A stretch of DNA of 64,000 nucleotides from Isurus oxyrinchus (Eukaryota), in assembly GCA_026770705.1 (NCBI GenBank), contig JANJGN010000041.1, positions 1,178,001 through 1,242,000 on the forward strand, written 5' to 3'. Position numbers and translations under genes: made by a program. Below the pieces are notes generated by a model, which saw only the letters and a program-made list of their open reading frames with translations, did not search any database and was not told the origin of the DNA. Shown in pieces: positions 11,880 to 24,270 of the stretch (position 1 is its first letter; each line of letters begins with the position of its first letter).

Positions 11880-12150
11880 TGACCGTTCAAGGGAACAACA
11901 ACATTTGGAGCATTGCCCCACAGAATGGCCGATCAATGGCCTGACATAGCCACACTCACCGAATGATACCCCAAAGCCAATGGCTCAGACTTCCCATCAC
12001 TCTCCCTGGCAATAATCATCACCAGTGGCAGGGTCGGCTCACCAGATTTGGCAGCCCAGTGGGATACAGACTGAAGGGGACGGGCCTGCAAGGACTCGAA
12101 ATTCAATGCACATCTAAAGAAACCTCATGGCATTGGGTCAAAGGATGGGA
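11880..12150 (+). mobile_element. CR1-group LINE APE N-terminal fragment
   Basis: PDIATLTE...PITLPG...QGR...ETSWHWVK, matching the other copies in the window. Confidence 0.55.
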
Positions 12151-12589
12151 CTGTAGTCTCCATTTGGCACACTATATATATATAGACATACACCCTACTG
12201 ATAAAACATCTCCTCGCTTTATCTCACAGCATTAGATCAATTAATCTGATGATATGTGGACACTCATTAGTTGAGTGATTGCATATTGTCCCTAAAGGAG
12301 GGCAATGATCTTCTGGATCATATCCAGGGACAGCTCATTCCTATCTGGAGTCAGACAGGATGGCGACTGGGGAAAGGGCAGTTCCGCTTCAGGGGTAAAT
12401 TATTAACGAACCAGCAGGGGACTAAAGTTGGAAATATTTAACCATCAGTGCAGATGTGGAAGATGGAGTGAGAGAAGAGAAAGGGAGATGGAGGGAGAGA
12501 CACAGAGTTAGCATGAGCGGAAGTTGGAGCTGGAGAAGGAGGAGCAAAGGTCACAAAAATAGCCAAACAGCGGAACACAACGTGAAGCT

Positions 12590-12750
12590 TTAACTCCATT
12601 CCTTACAGTATGGTGGGTGTATGGACACCTCGTGGGCTGCACAAGTTCAAGAATGTGGCTCCCCCACCATCTTCTCAAGGGAAAAATTACTGATGAGCAG
12701 TAAATTCTGGACCCAGCCAGCGAAGCCCATTTCCGTGAATCAATGAAAAT
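12590..12750 (+). mobile_element. CR1-group LINE 3' tail
   Basis: gttcaagaa...caccatcttctcaaggg...cccagccagcgaagccc...tgaatcaatgaaaa; paralogue at 44270-44430. Confidence 0.7.
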
Positions 12751-14029
12751 ATGATCAAGAGAAAGTAATCCAGATATAGTGAAGAGAGAGGGAGGAACTG
12801 AGCAAGAGATTCAGAAAGGGATGAAATAAAGAAAGAGTTGGAGAAACATAGACACTGGTTTGGGGGAGACAGTATGCGTGAAAGAGAGAAATGGAGAAAT
12901 AACTTGCAAGGCAAGAGGGAGGGTGACAGTGAGTGTCAGATGGAGGTCCAACCGCGGCCTCTGGGAGTGGGACATTTGCCTGGGCACTTTGTACTAGGGG
13001 CAGTCACATTATTCAGGACAGGGCTTCTGATTCGATCAGTGGCTAGGGACAAGAGGGCAGGCATGGGGAACACAGGAGGAAGAACTGGAGGAGCCTCAGG
13101 CTTCCTGATTGTGCTACAGGCTCTGGCAGCCAGTAAGGATGGAAGCGGCGGCTGTAGTGTGCAGGGGGAAAGTGACCATGGCACCAGGGCAGCGAGAGCT
13201 ATTCAAGCGTTGGGAGTTTATAGGAATACCCCGTTTTTGGGGATGTGCAGCCAAGGGAGCAGGCAATGTAGTCGAGAGCAGGATTCCGGAGTGCAGTGTT
13301 CACGGCTCTGGGCTGGAGAGGGGATTTGCAGTGTGATGAAGAAGGTCCAGTGTGTTTGGTCCACTGACACATGTGTAGACCAATGAACCCTGCCCCACTG
13401 CTATTGAATCACGTACCTACATCAAGGCCCTTGGGGCCCTTCAGTGCCGCTGTGTCAACCCATTGACTGTGGTGGGGAGGGGAGGTCAGGGAATGCCCAG
13501 GGCACATTGGCATCTTCCCCTGCCAATGCAGTCACACACTCGCAGAATCAGAACTCACATCCATTGTCCCAAAGGCCAGGGCCATCACCATCCCCGGAAG
13601 CAGCCTGTACCTCCTGGCCGGACGGCTGTCAGAGGTTGGCAGGTACTCTCTGTGGACGCTTCCAACATTGAGTTAGAATTCCATGAAGCCTAGATTCGTT
13701 AGGTTAAAGACAGGTCAGAAATTCTGGAGAAGCAGCTGAACAGCAGATTTCACCAATGTTAAGAACACGGCGGTGAGTTAGTGTTGAACTGTCATCACTT
13801 CAGTCACGTGGGACACAAGGAACTCAATGTTCCCGCAACAAGCTCTTCAAACACCTGTGACATAAGGGCTAGAGAATCTTTATCATTGATACTAATCGCT
13901 GGATAAATATTGGTCCATGGCATCAGGTGTATCTCCCCAACTCTTCTTCCAGTAGTGGCAGTGGGGTATATTCTAGGTTGGGGAATTGGGAATATCAGTA
14001 GAAATATACTGATGATAATTCACAAAGTA

Positions 14030-14290
14030 AGTGCAGGAAAGATGAAGAGAATGTCTTCATGATGCAGCGAAGTATTGTGATCCGGAATGTACTGCCTGAA
14101 AAGGTAACAGAAGGAGATTCAATCGCACCTTTCAAAAGGGAAATTATATGAATAATTGACAGGGAAGGTCATGACAGGGCGATGGGGGAAGTGAGGTTAT
14201 GGGGGAGGCATGATTAGGTAAACCTCTCAATGAACCAGCAGAGAAACAATGGGCCAAATAGCCTTCATCTCAGCTGAATGATTCTAAATT
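14030..14290 (+). mobile_element. CR1 3' end upstream of the defensin A2 promoter
   Basis: QRSIVIRNVLPEKVTEGDSIAPFK-type C-terminus plus 3' UTR; equivalent segments at ~5200-5380 (-), ~37350-37520 (-) and ~45740-45990 (+). Confidence 0.7.
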
Positions 14291-14453
14291 TTTCACAGTG
14301 AAAAATTCGTTTAATCCTTCACCTGTTCAATTATTATGCTTATCGGTGTGTCTGTTGATTAATAAAATCCGGTTTGGGAGGCACATTTAGATGTGGATTC
14401 CAGTTTCTGTCGGTCTCAGTTAGTGATGTATTCCTTTGCTGTGGACAAGGTTG

Positions 14454-14515
14454 AGCCAACCCTCACCGTGTGTCTGCAATTATTAACGACAGAATTCTCT
14501 GTCTGTTCATATAAA
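14454..14515 (+). promoter_or_regulatory. A2 promoter remnant (GCCAA, ATTATTAAC HNF1-like, TATAAA 14510-14515)
   Basis: Alignable to the A1 promoter over ~200 nt. Confidence 0.6.
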
Positions 14516-14929
14516 GAGCTTCTGTATACCAATCATCTCACTGTGACTCTGCTGATCTCATGGGATGAGGTCGAAAGCACTGGTCTCAGTGCTTTGACTG
14601 CTGGAGCTCATGGATTCCCAGCTTATCGGTACGTTATCCACAGAGGTTATCTCAGAATTGTCAAACTTTAGAAACATTCTCTGGAACAGGAGAAGGCCAT
14701 TCAGCCCCTAAAACCTGTACACTCATTCAGTTGGATCACGGCTGACAACTGTCTTAACACCACTGGACAATCTTCGTTCCATGACCATTAAAATCCTATC
14801 CATACAGTAAGCTGTCAGTCTCAGTGTTGAGCCTTTTTTCAAAAACTGCGCACTTTATTTTTAATGACCCAACCTCAACTATCAACCACTGAAGAGCTTT
14901 CCCTTGGTGATATCTTGAATTAATCATAC

Positions 14930-15290
14930 AGAATGTTTCCCAATGTCTCCATTGTCTTGTCCCACTGTCTCTCTGTAATCTCCTTTAACCCAAACAGCCG
15001 TCCAGATAGCTGTGCCACACAAATGTTGCCCTCCAATCCATTCCAAAATATTAATTGGCCTGCCATTGGTCACAGTGCCTTCAACTGATTGGGACTAAGG
15101 CCGGAAATTCCCACTGTAAAACTATGCAATGCTCTCTCCTTCCTGGTGATAGCCCTACAATCCACCATCTTCGAGTTAGCGTTGGGTCACCTTCCACTAA
15201 TCCCTGTTAATGTGACTCTGTGTCAAATCATTTTTCTAACATGCTGTCTTGAGGCACCGCGTGAAATTTCATGATGTTGTTGCATAAGCT
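14930..15290 (+). mobile_element. L2 LINE 3' end in the A2 intron
   Basis: gtgccttcaactg...ggaaattccc...tgtgactctgtgtcaaat resembles an L2 tail. Confidence 0.65.
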
Positions 15291-15299
15291 GCATCATTC

Positions 15300-15910
15300 T
15301 GATCGTGCACTCTTCAGGACTCCATATCCCTCGGTTAGATCACAGATAGAGCATTGCGCACAATTCCCGTCTCCAATCCTTTCGGTTAGAGAGCACTTTA
15401 ACCACTGTGTAGAGTTCTGGTCTCGATATACCTCAGCGAGACCGCATTCGGAACACTCTGCACAGTTCTGACCTCAATATCCCTCGATTAGATCACACTT
15501 AGAGCGCTGTGCACAGTTCTGCCTTCTGTATCCCTCGTTTGGACTACATGTGGAGCACTCTGCACTTTTCTGGTCTTTATACCTCTCGGTTAGAAAACAC
15601 TTGAAGCACTGAACATATTTTTGATCGCCAGATCCCTCAGTTAGACGACAGTCGGACAATGTACGTACTGCTGGTTCCCATACTCCACGGATAGACTACA
15701 CTTTGAGCATTGTGCAGAGTTTTGGTCTCGACACCTCTCGGTTAGACCACAATTGGAGCACTGTCCATATTTCGGTCTCCATCTCCCTCGGTTAGACCAC
15801 ATTTGGAGCACTGTGCACTTCTCTGGTCTCCATATGGCTCGGTTAGATCACATATGTCCAATGTTCACATATCAGGTCTCCATGTGCGCACGTTAGCCCA
15901 CATCTGGTTC
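15300..15910 (+). repeat. 51-bp CR1-derived minisatellite (about 12 units) in the A2 intron
   Basis: Repeated ctccatatccctcggttagaccacacttggagcactgtgcacagttctggt variants. Confidence 0.9.
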
Positions 15911-16279
15911 AGCTGCATGTGGGTGCCCAGCGGTTCTGACCAGCGGCACTAATGAGCACTTTCTTTCTGTTTCCATTCGCTATCTTGCTGTGTGATGGGA
16001 GTGGAATGTCCTACAGAAGACTCCCATGTGAGGATTCTGATGCATACAGGGCCAACGGGAAATGCAACCTCACCTTCATGTTCAAGAGCTGCCAACCTCT
16101 TTGAGTAACGCGCAGGCAGGATGTCCGACGCCTGAGGATTGGACTGAAGCGAGTTGGAATTTCTGTCATTCAGGCTCTGCTTCCTTCTGTAGGTCCAATG
16201 GGCAATTATCGAATGCTTTCTGAATCATGTGCATAAAACTGGCTGCATTGCTCACTGCTTCTTATCTGCGTCTCATTTC

Positions 16280-17370
16280 TCACTCAGATCGGTGTATCAA
16301 AGTACCGACAGGGAATGAGGGGAGGTGATGTTATGGCCGGGCCATACTGTCTTTCTTTAGATCCAAAACAGTCACCGACAAAGTGTCTTTCCTTACGGTT
16401 ATTGACCTAGGTTCAACCGTTGCCATCCCTGTGTACGTTCTGCCAGGCAGACCCTCAAAATCTGAGGCACGCTGGTTGACATTGGGTGGGGGCAGTGGGT
16501 AAAACTCTGAGGACCCTGTTTCGAACCCCGCCATGGCATGTGTTGGAATTTCAATTCAATTAATTTCTGGGGGTAACAATTCTAACAATAACCAATGGAA
16601 CTAGTACCAATTATCATAAAAGCCCATTTGGTTCACTAATGCTCTTTAGGGAAGGAAATCCGCCGGTCTCGTCTGCAACTGAAGCCAGGTGCACAGCAAT
16701 GTTTCTGACTCTTCAAAATGGCCTATGAACAATTGCAATTAGGCTTGGACAATAAAAGCTGGACTCCCGTTTTAGGTTCAAAAAGTAATAATTGAGCCCA
16801 CAACCTCGCCAACAGCATGTATGATGTCTCGACCCAACAGTAAAAAAAACTCAGGAAAGAAAGTTTTCTGTTGATTTCTGTTGATGTCATGAGGTCTGAA
16901 AAGAGACAAGGACACCGCATTCCGATTCCTAACCTCCCTCGCTCGGCTGATCAACCTGTTCTCCTCCATGCCAGTCAACAATTGGGATACATCTGAAGAC
17001 AAGTGGACACATGATGTCAACTATATGAAGGAGGAACGGGTAGAGACTTTAATGTGCGTCTCCAAGAGTGGTTCAGTAACTTCACGCCTGACCGTAGTGG
17101 TCGACCCCTGAAGGACATACCTGTCAGACTTGGCCTGCGACAGAAGGTGAGAGGAACAACAAGAGGGGGAAATTTCACTTCACCGGGCCTCAAAAATTTA
17201 CCCACCGTAGTTGCCTCTGCTCAAGGCGGCATAGGGAGGGGTGAACACCGCTCAGCACCTATGAAAATAAATCATCAGGACACACGCCATTATGTTGTTT
17301 GGAACACCTGCCGTGATAAACTCCATACATTCAGAGCATGTCCAGCAGCTCAAAACGGAGGGAGATCAAT
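16280..17370 (+). mobile_element. CR1-group LINE APE interrupted by a SINE
   Basis: QEWFSNFTPDRSGRPLKDIPVRLGLRQKVRGTTRG (ORF 17054-17500). Confidence 0.75.
16480..16780 (+). mobile_element. tRNA-headed SINE
   Basis: B-box-like gtttcgaacccc, then ggttcactaatgctctttagggaaggaaatc; paralogous copy starts at ~48055. Confidence 0.7.
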
Positions 17371-17499
17371 GAGCCCAGTTGGCTCACAGGGTGAAAAGGG
17401 TGTAGGGGGAGTTGGGGAAAGAGTCATTGCATCTGGTTGGGGTGATAGCTGTAACGTGATTTCAGAGTGTTGTGTATCTGACTGCAGGTCGCCTAATTG

Positions 17500-17800
17500 A
17501 CTTTGTGCTTACTGTGAGTATTAGAGTGTAAGATAGCTTTAGTAACATGTGCTATCCTGACAAACCTGTATATATCTGTAAAGATATAGTCCTGGGTAAA
17601 GAAATACTGTAATATAGTTCAACGTTTCTTCCTTAATAAATGTTTTGTTCTTTTGTTAAAAGCACATCAGCTGTCTCCAGCGACACTTCAATAGTCCCAT
17701 CCACGTTTCTAAACAAACAAGTAAAAGTTAGTGTCTATCAAGTTCAGTTTCAGACTGGGATCATGCTTATCCAGGGGCAACATCAGCTGGGATTGAAAAG
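17500..17800 (+). mobile_element. LTR fragment (3' part)
   Basis: AATAAA-containing AT-rich segment ending aacatcagctgggat, resembling Gypsy LTR ends. Confidence 0.45.
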
Positions 17801-18249
17801 ATGGCACCGGGTGTAGTCAGGGTTTGTGGGGTCCTCAGTGCCGAGGAGTAACAGTGACTTAGCAGCAGCATTGCTTACTGACTTGGCTGAGTATTGAAAG
17901 ATCTATCAGACAGGCTGGAAGGAAAGGAAGGTCCCTGTCCTTTAATGAACTCCAAAGCCTTCTTGGGACTTTCTCTTGTTCCACCCCATTCGATTCTTGG
18001 GGGCGTTCCTTCGCTTGGGCCTGGCTACTTCTGCTCTTCAAGGCTGTTTCAGCCTGGCAACTATCTTCAAAAAGTGATGAACAGCAACAGCTTCAACATC
18101 TAACCTCCTGTTTCTAGCTTATTCATATGCTTCTGAGGCAGCACCTGCCTTTCTAAGTCCCGGTGAGAAGGCAGCAGCCAAACCTTCTATTTTTCTACAC
18201 TTCCATGTTGCAGGAGCAGGCGGTGAGAGAACCAACATGAGGAGGGAAT

Positions 18250-19000
18250 GTTTCTTGGCCCGGTCTGCGCTAATCTAACCTTGAGCAGATTAATTTGTCC
18301 ATGACAGGTATCAGCAGGAGTGACCGGCACAAAGTCTTTGTAGGGGAAAAATCCAGTCTTCATTCTCAGGGAAACTTCCATGGTGTTGTGTGCCACTCCC
18401 AAATGTGTCGGGCATGGCAAAAGTGGGCATCCATGAGGGACTGAGGTCCAACAACCGCAGAGCAGGATTGAGTGCAAACACAGTCTGTAACCTCATGTCA
18501 CGGTGCAAAGTTCACTTTCCGACTGTCTGTGGGTGCACAGGCAACACATGGGCTGCAGTGGTACAGGGAAGCAGACCGCCAGAAATTTCTCATGGGCAGG
18601 TAGGAATGGTCAATAAATAGTGGTCTCGCAAGTGGGACACACAATCCAAGAATGGATAGGTGAAGGAGATGGAAGAGAGCAGAATGCTTGTTGGCTTGTA
18701 ACTGAACCGGTTTTGGACAGCATTCTGGCCATCCTTGCAACACGTAGTGCTCGTCTCGGGCTGCTTATCAGCCTGTAAAAAACTTGCTTCGATCATAAAA
18801 GTTACCAGCCACCAGTTGCCGTCCCTTCTGACAGACTTGAGCATGGGCACCAGGATTTGACAGGAAGGATTCGCCCCAGCACAGGGCTCCAGCTGCTTCC
18901 CGGCCGCCTGTGTGTAAAATGCATAGGCTGGAATTCCAAAAAGTTGTGAAAAATGTGTGATCTGAATCCATGTTGTGACCATTGTGTGGACCTTAAAAGC
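18250..19000 (+). mobile_element. CR1-group LINE fragment (APE end and linker)
   Basis: VHDR.SRSDRH.VFV...NTVCNLMSR. Confidence 0.6.
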
Positions 19001-19099
19001 CCTGGGCTTTCAATTTTGCAATTAATTTTTAGCAATAGATCACGCATCTGCTACTTTCTTAAGAAAGGTGTTAGCGTTGTGTGCTGCCTGTGTATACAG

Positions 19100-19375
19100 C
19101 AATAATCCCTAAATGTTGCACTGAACAGTCTGAATAAACATTTTAGACGCTGTCGGCTGAGTCTCCTCCAACATAGAAAATATTTTCTGTTTTACAGCCT
19201 TATCAGTTCCCCTTAACACCTTGAATACTTCTACCAAACTACTCTGGAACATTCCGAATTCCAGGAAGCACAAGCAGTATTTGTGCAATTTCTCCCATTC
19301 TATTTTCTCTTCTAACCCGGGTATCATTTCTGGTAAGCATATCCTGCATTCCCTCCACGCCTGACTACTCAGATT
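19100..19375 (-). mobile_element. CR1 RT C-terminal fragment
   Basis: MIPGLEEKIEWEKLHKYCLCFLEFGMFQSSLVEVFKVLRGTD. Confidence 0.8.
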
Positions 19376-19418
19376 ATGGTAACTTGTCTGCAATTGCATT
19401 GTCTCTCTCTCTCTCTCT

Positions 19419-19590
19419 NNNNNNNNNNNNNNNNNNNNNNNNNNNNNNNNNNNNNNNNNNNNNNNNNNNNNNNNNNNNNNNNNNNNNNNNNNNNNNNNNN
19501 NNNNNNNNNNNNNNNNNNNNNNNNNNNNNNNNNNNNNNNNNNNNNNNNNNNNNNNNNNNNNNNNNNNNNNNNNNNNNNNNNNNNNNNNNN
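19419..19590. other. Assembly gap (172 N) preceded by a (CT)n microsatellite
   Basis: Run of N in the sequence. Confidence 1.
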
Positions 19591-20339
19591 AGAGCGCCTT
19601 TCAGAATTAGGCAGCCTGAAGGAAGAATTCTGAGATGAATGGACCTGCGAGATATTAGAGGCCGGACAGCCGTAATTTCTCAGCTTTTACCTTCAATTGC
19701 TGGCATGGAAACTATCTGACACTGGAGATTTGCCAATCTAACGTCCCTTTATTTTCTCCTCTTCCGTTATGTTGCTTATTCTTTTATATGCATGATTTTT
19801 AAAAATTCTGTCAGCCTATATGTAATCTTCACCAGAAAGGCAAGAATTTGTTGCCTTCGCTTAGCAACTTTTTTGCGATTCTCAAGCAATGGTACGAGTG
19901 CATCCCTACAATATACAACCTTAGATTGTACCTAGTTTGACAATTCTCCTCTAATGGGACGAGAGACTCTGAAGTTCCTACAACAATCTAGCCTTAACTT
20001 CTGCCCATCCCTTACGATTCAAGCCCTCAGTCCACCATTCCAGCCAATCTGCATCCAGGTTGGCTTCTGGTGACCGATAACACTAGAGTCTCCGGATCCC
20101 ACGAACAGAATGTATCCCAACTACAACCTCATTTCCATTATGTGCTGTCTTTTCTCTTTAAAGTTACGTTAGAGCACCTTACCATTTGTAGAGTTTCAAG
20201 TCTAGGTCAACATAAGAAAATTCCAAAACTGTGTAGGAATTGAGATATTATATTTCTCAGCTGATATGAAGCACCATTGGTAACTTTAGCCTGAGCAACT
20301 AGAGCAATGCGTCAATGGGATGACAGATCGCAGGGTGGG

Positions 20340-21440
20340 ATCCACAGTTTTGCCTGCTGCTCGTCATTCCATCGTCTCCTGCACTATTACACTGAATTTG
20401 TAATTGGGAAACATTTCGCTCTTGGGCTCTGGAGAGTGTAGAATTGTCATAAAACAGATGCCAAAACTGAATGCCAATTGACTGGAAGTGTAGACTGCGG
20501 TATAGAAATGCAAGGAATGGGCATAATTTAAGGCTATATTATTGTAGTAAAATCAGAAGTTCTCATTCCATTGCCCAAGAACCATGCCTTTTCTGTGCAT
20601 TTAACGGTAATGGTCGTGGAAGGGTGAGGAGTTTATCGGGCCATAGTCTTGCAGATTGTATCTGAATTTAATTCTGCTGCTGCTGATGGCCCACGGCACC
20701 TCGTGGATGTTGAGAGTTGTGCTTTGTGATCTCTTTTGGAACTATCCCATTGAAAGCAATGCTTGTCACAAAATACAATGGAGTGTGTCCTCAGTTTGAA
20801 AAAAGAGGGCTGTTGTAAGTAGGGCTTTGTGGTGGTCATTCATAGCAACACCGTCAGCGGTGGATTGTTGATGCTGAGGCCCATTAGAAATTTCCCTCTT
20901 GATGGTTCACCTGCTTCAGTCCTATTCTACCTCACACGGCTTGGCCACATGGGTCTGCAACGGTGACCTAGAGCCACTCTGGGTGATGAACATGCAGGTC
21001 CCACAGCAGATAACATTCTATACCTTTCATACGCTCATTGCTTTTCGATGTGGTGTTTAAAATAAAGGAGTAGAGATTGATCAGTTTCGGGAGAGAGGCA
21101 GCTGGGAGTCAGCAGGAGGTTCCCTTTCCCCTGTTTGCCCACAAGCCTTGTGATATGACAGAGCCTGGAGTCAATGCTGAGCAAGCATTGCAAGTGCAAG
21201 CCCAGACCTCTTATATGCCCCTGTGCCAAGAAGCATGGTGCCTTGCTCCTGTCATTGGGCCATGACAAACCCAAGAAAATGGTTCGCAAACATTTGGCAT
21301 TGACTGAAGTTCTGAGTCTGACAACATGACTATTCAGGAGCTATAAGATGCCAATGACACCCGGCCATTTTCTACACGCATGTTGACATTGGCGTTTGAA
21401 GATGTCAGTTCGACCCTGCCATTTCCTTACCTCTCCTCCC
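20340..21440 (-). mobile_element. CR1-group LINE APE, downstream of defensin pseudogene C
   Basis: RCRGPSAAAELNSDTICKTMAR (ORF 20633-20839). Confidence 0.75.
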
Positions 21441-21653
21441 TCCCTGTCGATATGGTGACACCCCGATTCGAGTGAGAATTGAGACACGGGGAAGAGGCAA
21501 TGATCGAAACAGACAGTTTTCTTAACATGATTCAGAAACTCAGGGATCTTTGGATCTAAACAAGTATCATAGTCTGATTTACATATATTAGAGTCAGTCT
21601 CAGCCAAAATTTCAGGTTGGCCTCACAATGCGACTTAATCAACTTTCTCTACC

Positions 21654-21772
21654 TCATGAGGCCTCACAGCACTGAGAAATGAATCGGCATTCCCAAGGCA
21701 TCAAAGTCTCCCCTTCATTGGATTCTCCCATACTACAGGCCCCTCTACTGTCCCAAAATCACAAGACCATAA
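21654..21772 (-). pseudogene. Beta-defensin-like pseudogene C, exon 2: MVL*FWDSRGACSMGESNEGETLMPWECRFISQCCEAS*
   Basis: Acceptor ccttcgcag|; same 119-nt length and spacing as A1 exon 2, with GET conserved; Cys1 is TTT, Cys3 is TCC, early TGA; 3' flank (21400-21650) is homologous to the other copies. Confidence 0.8.
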
Positions 21773-21799
21773 CTGCGAAGGAATTTATTGATCCATTGA

Positions 21800-24270
21800 A
21801 TTGTGTGTCGCACTTTTGATTCCTGATGCATACGAACTAGGAGCGGCCTGCTCATGCTTTCCAAGGGAGCCAGTGAGATTCCAGTTTGCGGTGAGATTTC
21901 CATTGTGAAGCAATAGTTACACAGGTTGCCTGCTCAGTGCAGACACTTACCTTCCATCGGTTTATACGGGATAAATCTTCTTTCTTAAAAATTGTTGCAT
22001 GGCATTGGTTTTGTCCGTTGCTCTGAAGCAAAGCTGCTTCTTCCTCAGCTATTGCACTCATTATTTCACTCACAAAGTCTCGCAAAGAATTCGCAACAAA
22101 TTCAAGTCGGCCATATGCGTCAGACGCCTTTCTGCTGCAGTGACACTCCCTGCTCTATTTCCATTATCCCCAAAACCATGTTAATGTGTCAGATGCAAAA
22201 CATGACATGTAAACGGTATAGGAAGATGCTTTCTGACTCGTTTACACTCAGCAACATAAACAATATTGACAAAAGCAACGTTTCCAAATCATGGGCTCTG
22301 GCTCTCTCTATTTTAAGTCCTTCTTGGTCCCTGTTCAGAGATAAACCATTAGTGCAGCAATAGGATCCATTTACGAAAGGGGCGTCATGCAAAGTGGATA
22401 ACAAAAAGCTTGAAATCTCATGATCAGCTTTCAACACAGAATTAAAAAAGGGCGTTCGTTCGAACGGTTAAACATCACCAATTTCTGGAAAGCTGTCGAT
22501 GCAGAAGTGAGGACCAGCGGAGGGAGTTGGGGTCAGAGGAGCAGAGGCTACATGGGGAGAGCGTGTTTTGATTCATTCATTTACGCGGTGACTGGATAGG
22601 ATATCCACAAAGCTGTTTTTATTTCAGACTGAATGTTAACTGCCTAAAGAGGAGTGGAGTAATGTGGTGTGGAAAGCCTGCGTAGAGCAACATATACAAA
22701 CAAGTCCAAACAAAGTTTAAAAATTACCGTTTTTCGGAAGTGCCATACGGACTCGTAAAGTAAACACTGTCTTACTTTCCACAGATTTTTTCAGGCCTGC
22801 TGACTTTTTCCAATAATTTAGTTGTCTATTAGAATTGACCAGTTTTCTCCACCAGCGGACTTTTTTGTCATCTGCGCGTCTCATTTGGGGAGAATCTGTT
22901 AGGTGTGAGGAACAAGCAATACATAACTCGGGCTGCATGCAATGCTGAAATCGAATAGCTGATCTCAATTTTAAGCACCGTGTCTTCTGAAGAGTTTATT
23001 GAGTGTGGTTCAAAATCCAGACTCATTTGGCAGTCAGAAGGTTATTTGAAATGCGGCAAGTTACCAGGCAGCAAAGATTTGATGCATTGCTGACAAGATC
23101 AGGGGATTCTTGGTGAAACCTTGTTTTTACCCAAGATTATCTTGGTCTTTTGAGGCGACTGCATGCAAGGTTGCTGTTTCTTTTGGCTTGAATTTTTATA
23201 TGCTGAAGGGAAGTGATCACATAACACAAGTAATGTCCAAATTCAAGAATGGCGTTAAAGGATGGCGTGCGTAATGGAAATTTTCGTGACTTCAATTGTT
23301 CCTTATTTTCTGAGTTTGCCAGTTTGGTGCTTAGCGAAATACATTGAGTACATTTCAGTTGGCACTCTGGCCATAGCAACGTTACTTGAGGCTTCAACAG
23401 CTTCGGTTATGGGCGAAGTGGAGCTGTGATATTACTTGAACCGTGTTGTTGTCAAATCGCCCTGGATGCTCAATCGTTGTCTGGATCTGAATTACGTTGA
23501 CCTCATCGGTTATCGTAAAGTCTGGTATGACTTGCGCCATTGTCGATTCAATAGCATGTTTTCTTTTGAATGAATTGCGCTGGATAAACATTGGGATGCG
23601 TTATTTTGTGTAAACATTGCGATGTCTCCAAGATGGAAGCAGACAACATGATGGATTGAAGTGCCGTTACCCAGAGAGGATTTTGATACCCAGATCTTTC
23701 CAGAAACATTAGTCACAATGTATATTTGCAAACCTGCCTTCTGTCCCAATTAATGAGGAACTGGTCTTTAAGTAAATCATCATGGGGAGATGAAAATCGA
23801 TTTGCTAATCAAAAGCATGACCACATATTCCACAGCGCACAATTCAAACAAAGACTTTTCTCTCCATTGGTGAAAAGAATCCTGATCCCCTTGTGGAAGG
23901 TGGGGATATTCACCACTATGCTAAGGAAAACAGGCCTGGCGCTGCGGCAATGAGTCTCCACTTTGCCGTTGGATTTCCATTTTCAAGCAACATTTACCCA
24001 GTTTGCCTACACAGATCTGAATCTGAGAACAAAAGATTAGGATGGTACAACATTGGATTTTGGATATGAGAAAAAAAGAATGAAATGTTCCAGAATGCAT
24101 TTGAATCTGAGAATCATCGAATTGAATGTTGCAAAACCGAATCTGCATCTGAGATCAATTGTTTTGAATGTTCCCACAATGCAGTCGATGTGGGAACAGT
24201 AGAGTGGAATGTACAAACATGGGGCAGCGGATTATCTTACAGTTTCAACGTTATTTCTGCAAATGATTAG
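21800..24270 (-). mobile_element. Two highly decayed hAT (Buster/Charlie-like) transposase fragments (~21800-22450 and ~22950-24270)
   Basis: AHDLETLLL, WKVSVCTEQA (cf. VCTDGA), DDLLKDQFL. Confidence 0.55.

Larger units (their letters stand above)
14565..16104 (+). pseudogene. Beta-defensin-like pseudogene A2: exon 1 14565-14628 (MRSKALVSVL*LLELMDSQLI), exon 2 15977-16104 (AILLCDGSGMSYRRLPCEDSDAYRANGKCNLTFMFKSCQPL*)
   Basis: Exon 1 is homologous to A1, with a TGA and a phase-1 G|gtacgt donor; acceptor reads ccat instead of ccag; Cys2 is TAC and Cys5 is AGC; 3' flank is homologous to the other copies. Confidence 0.85.

Noticed and set aside
12838-13386. 182-aa ORF, along with other long ORFs such as 9424-10029 and 43025-43549
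   Set aside because: No recognisable domain; the first is not preserved in the paralogous block (~44510-45100) and the second is antisense to a LINE and a defensin 3' flank
18690-18760. HYVLQGWPECCP on the minus strand, resembling a Gypsy RNaseH-integrase linker
   Set aside because: The plus strand matches the CR1-group LINE continuously across this region; a chance resemblance
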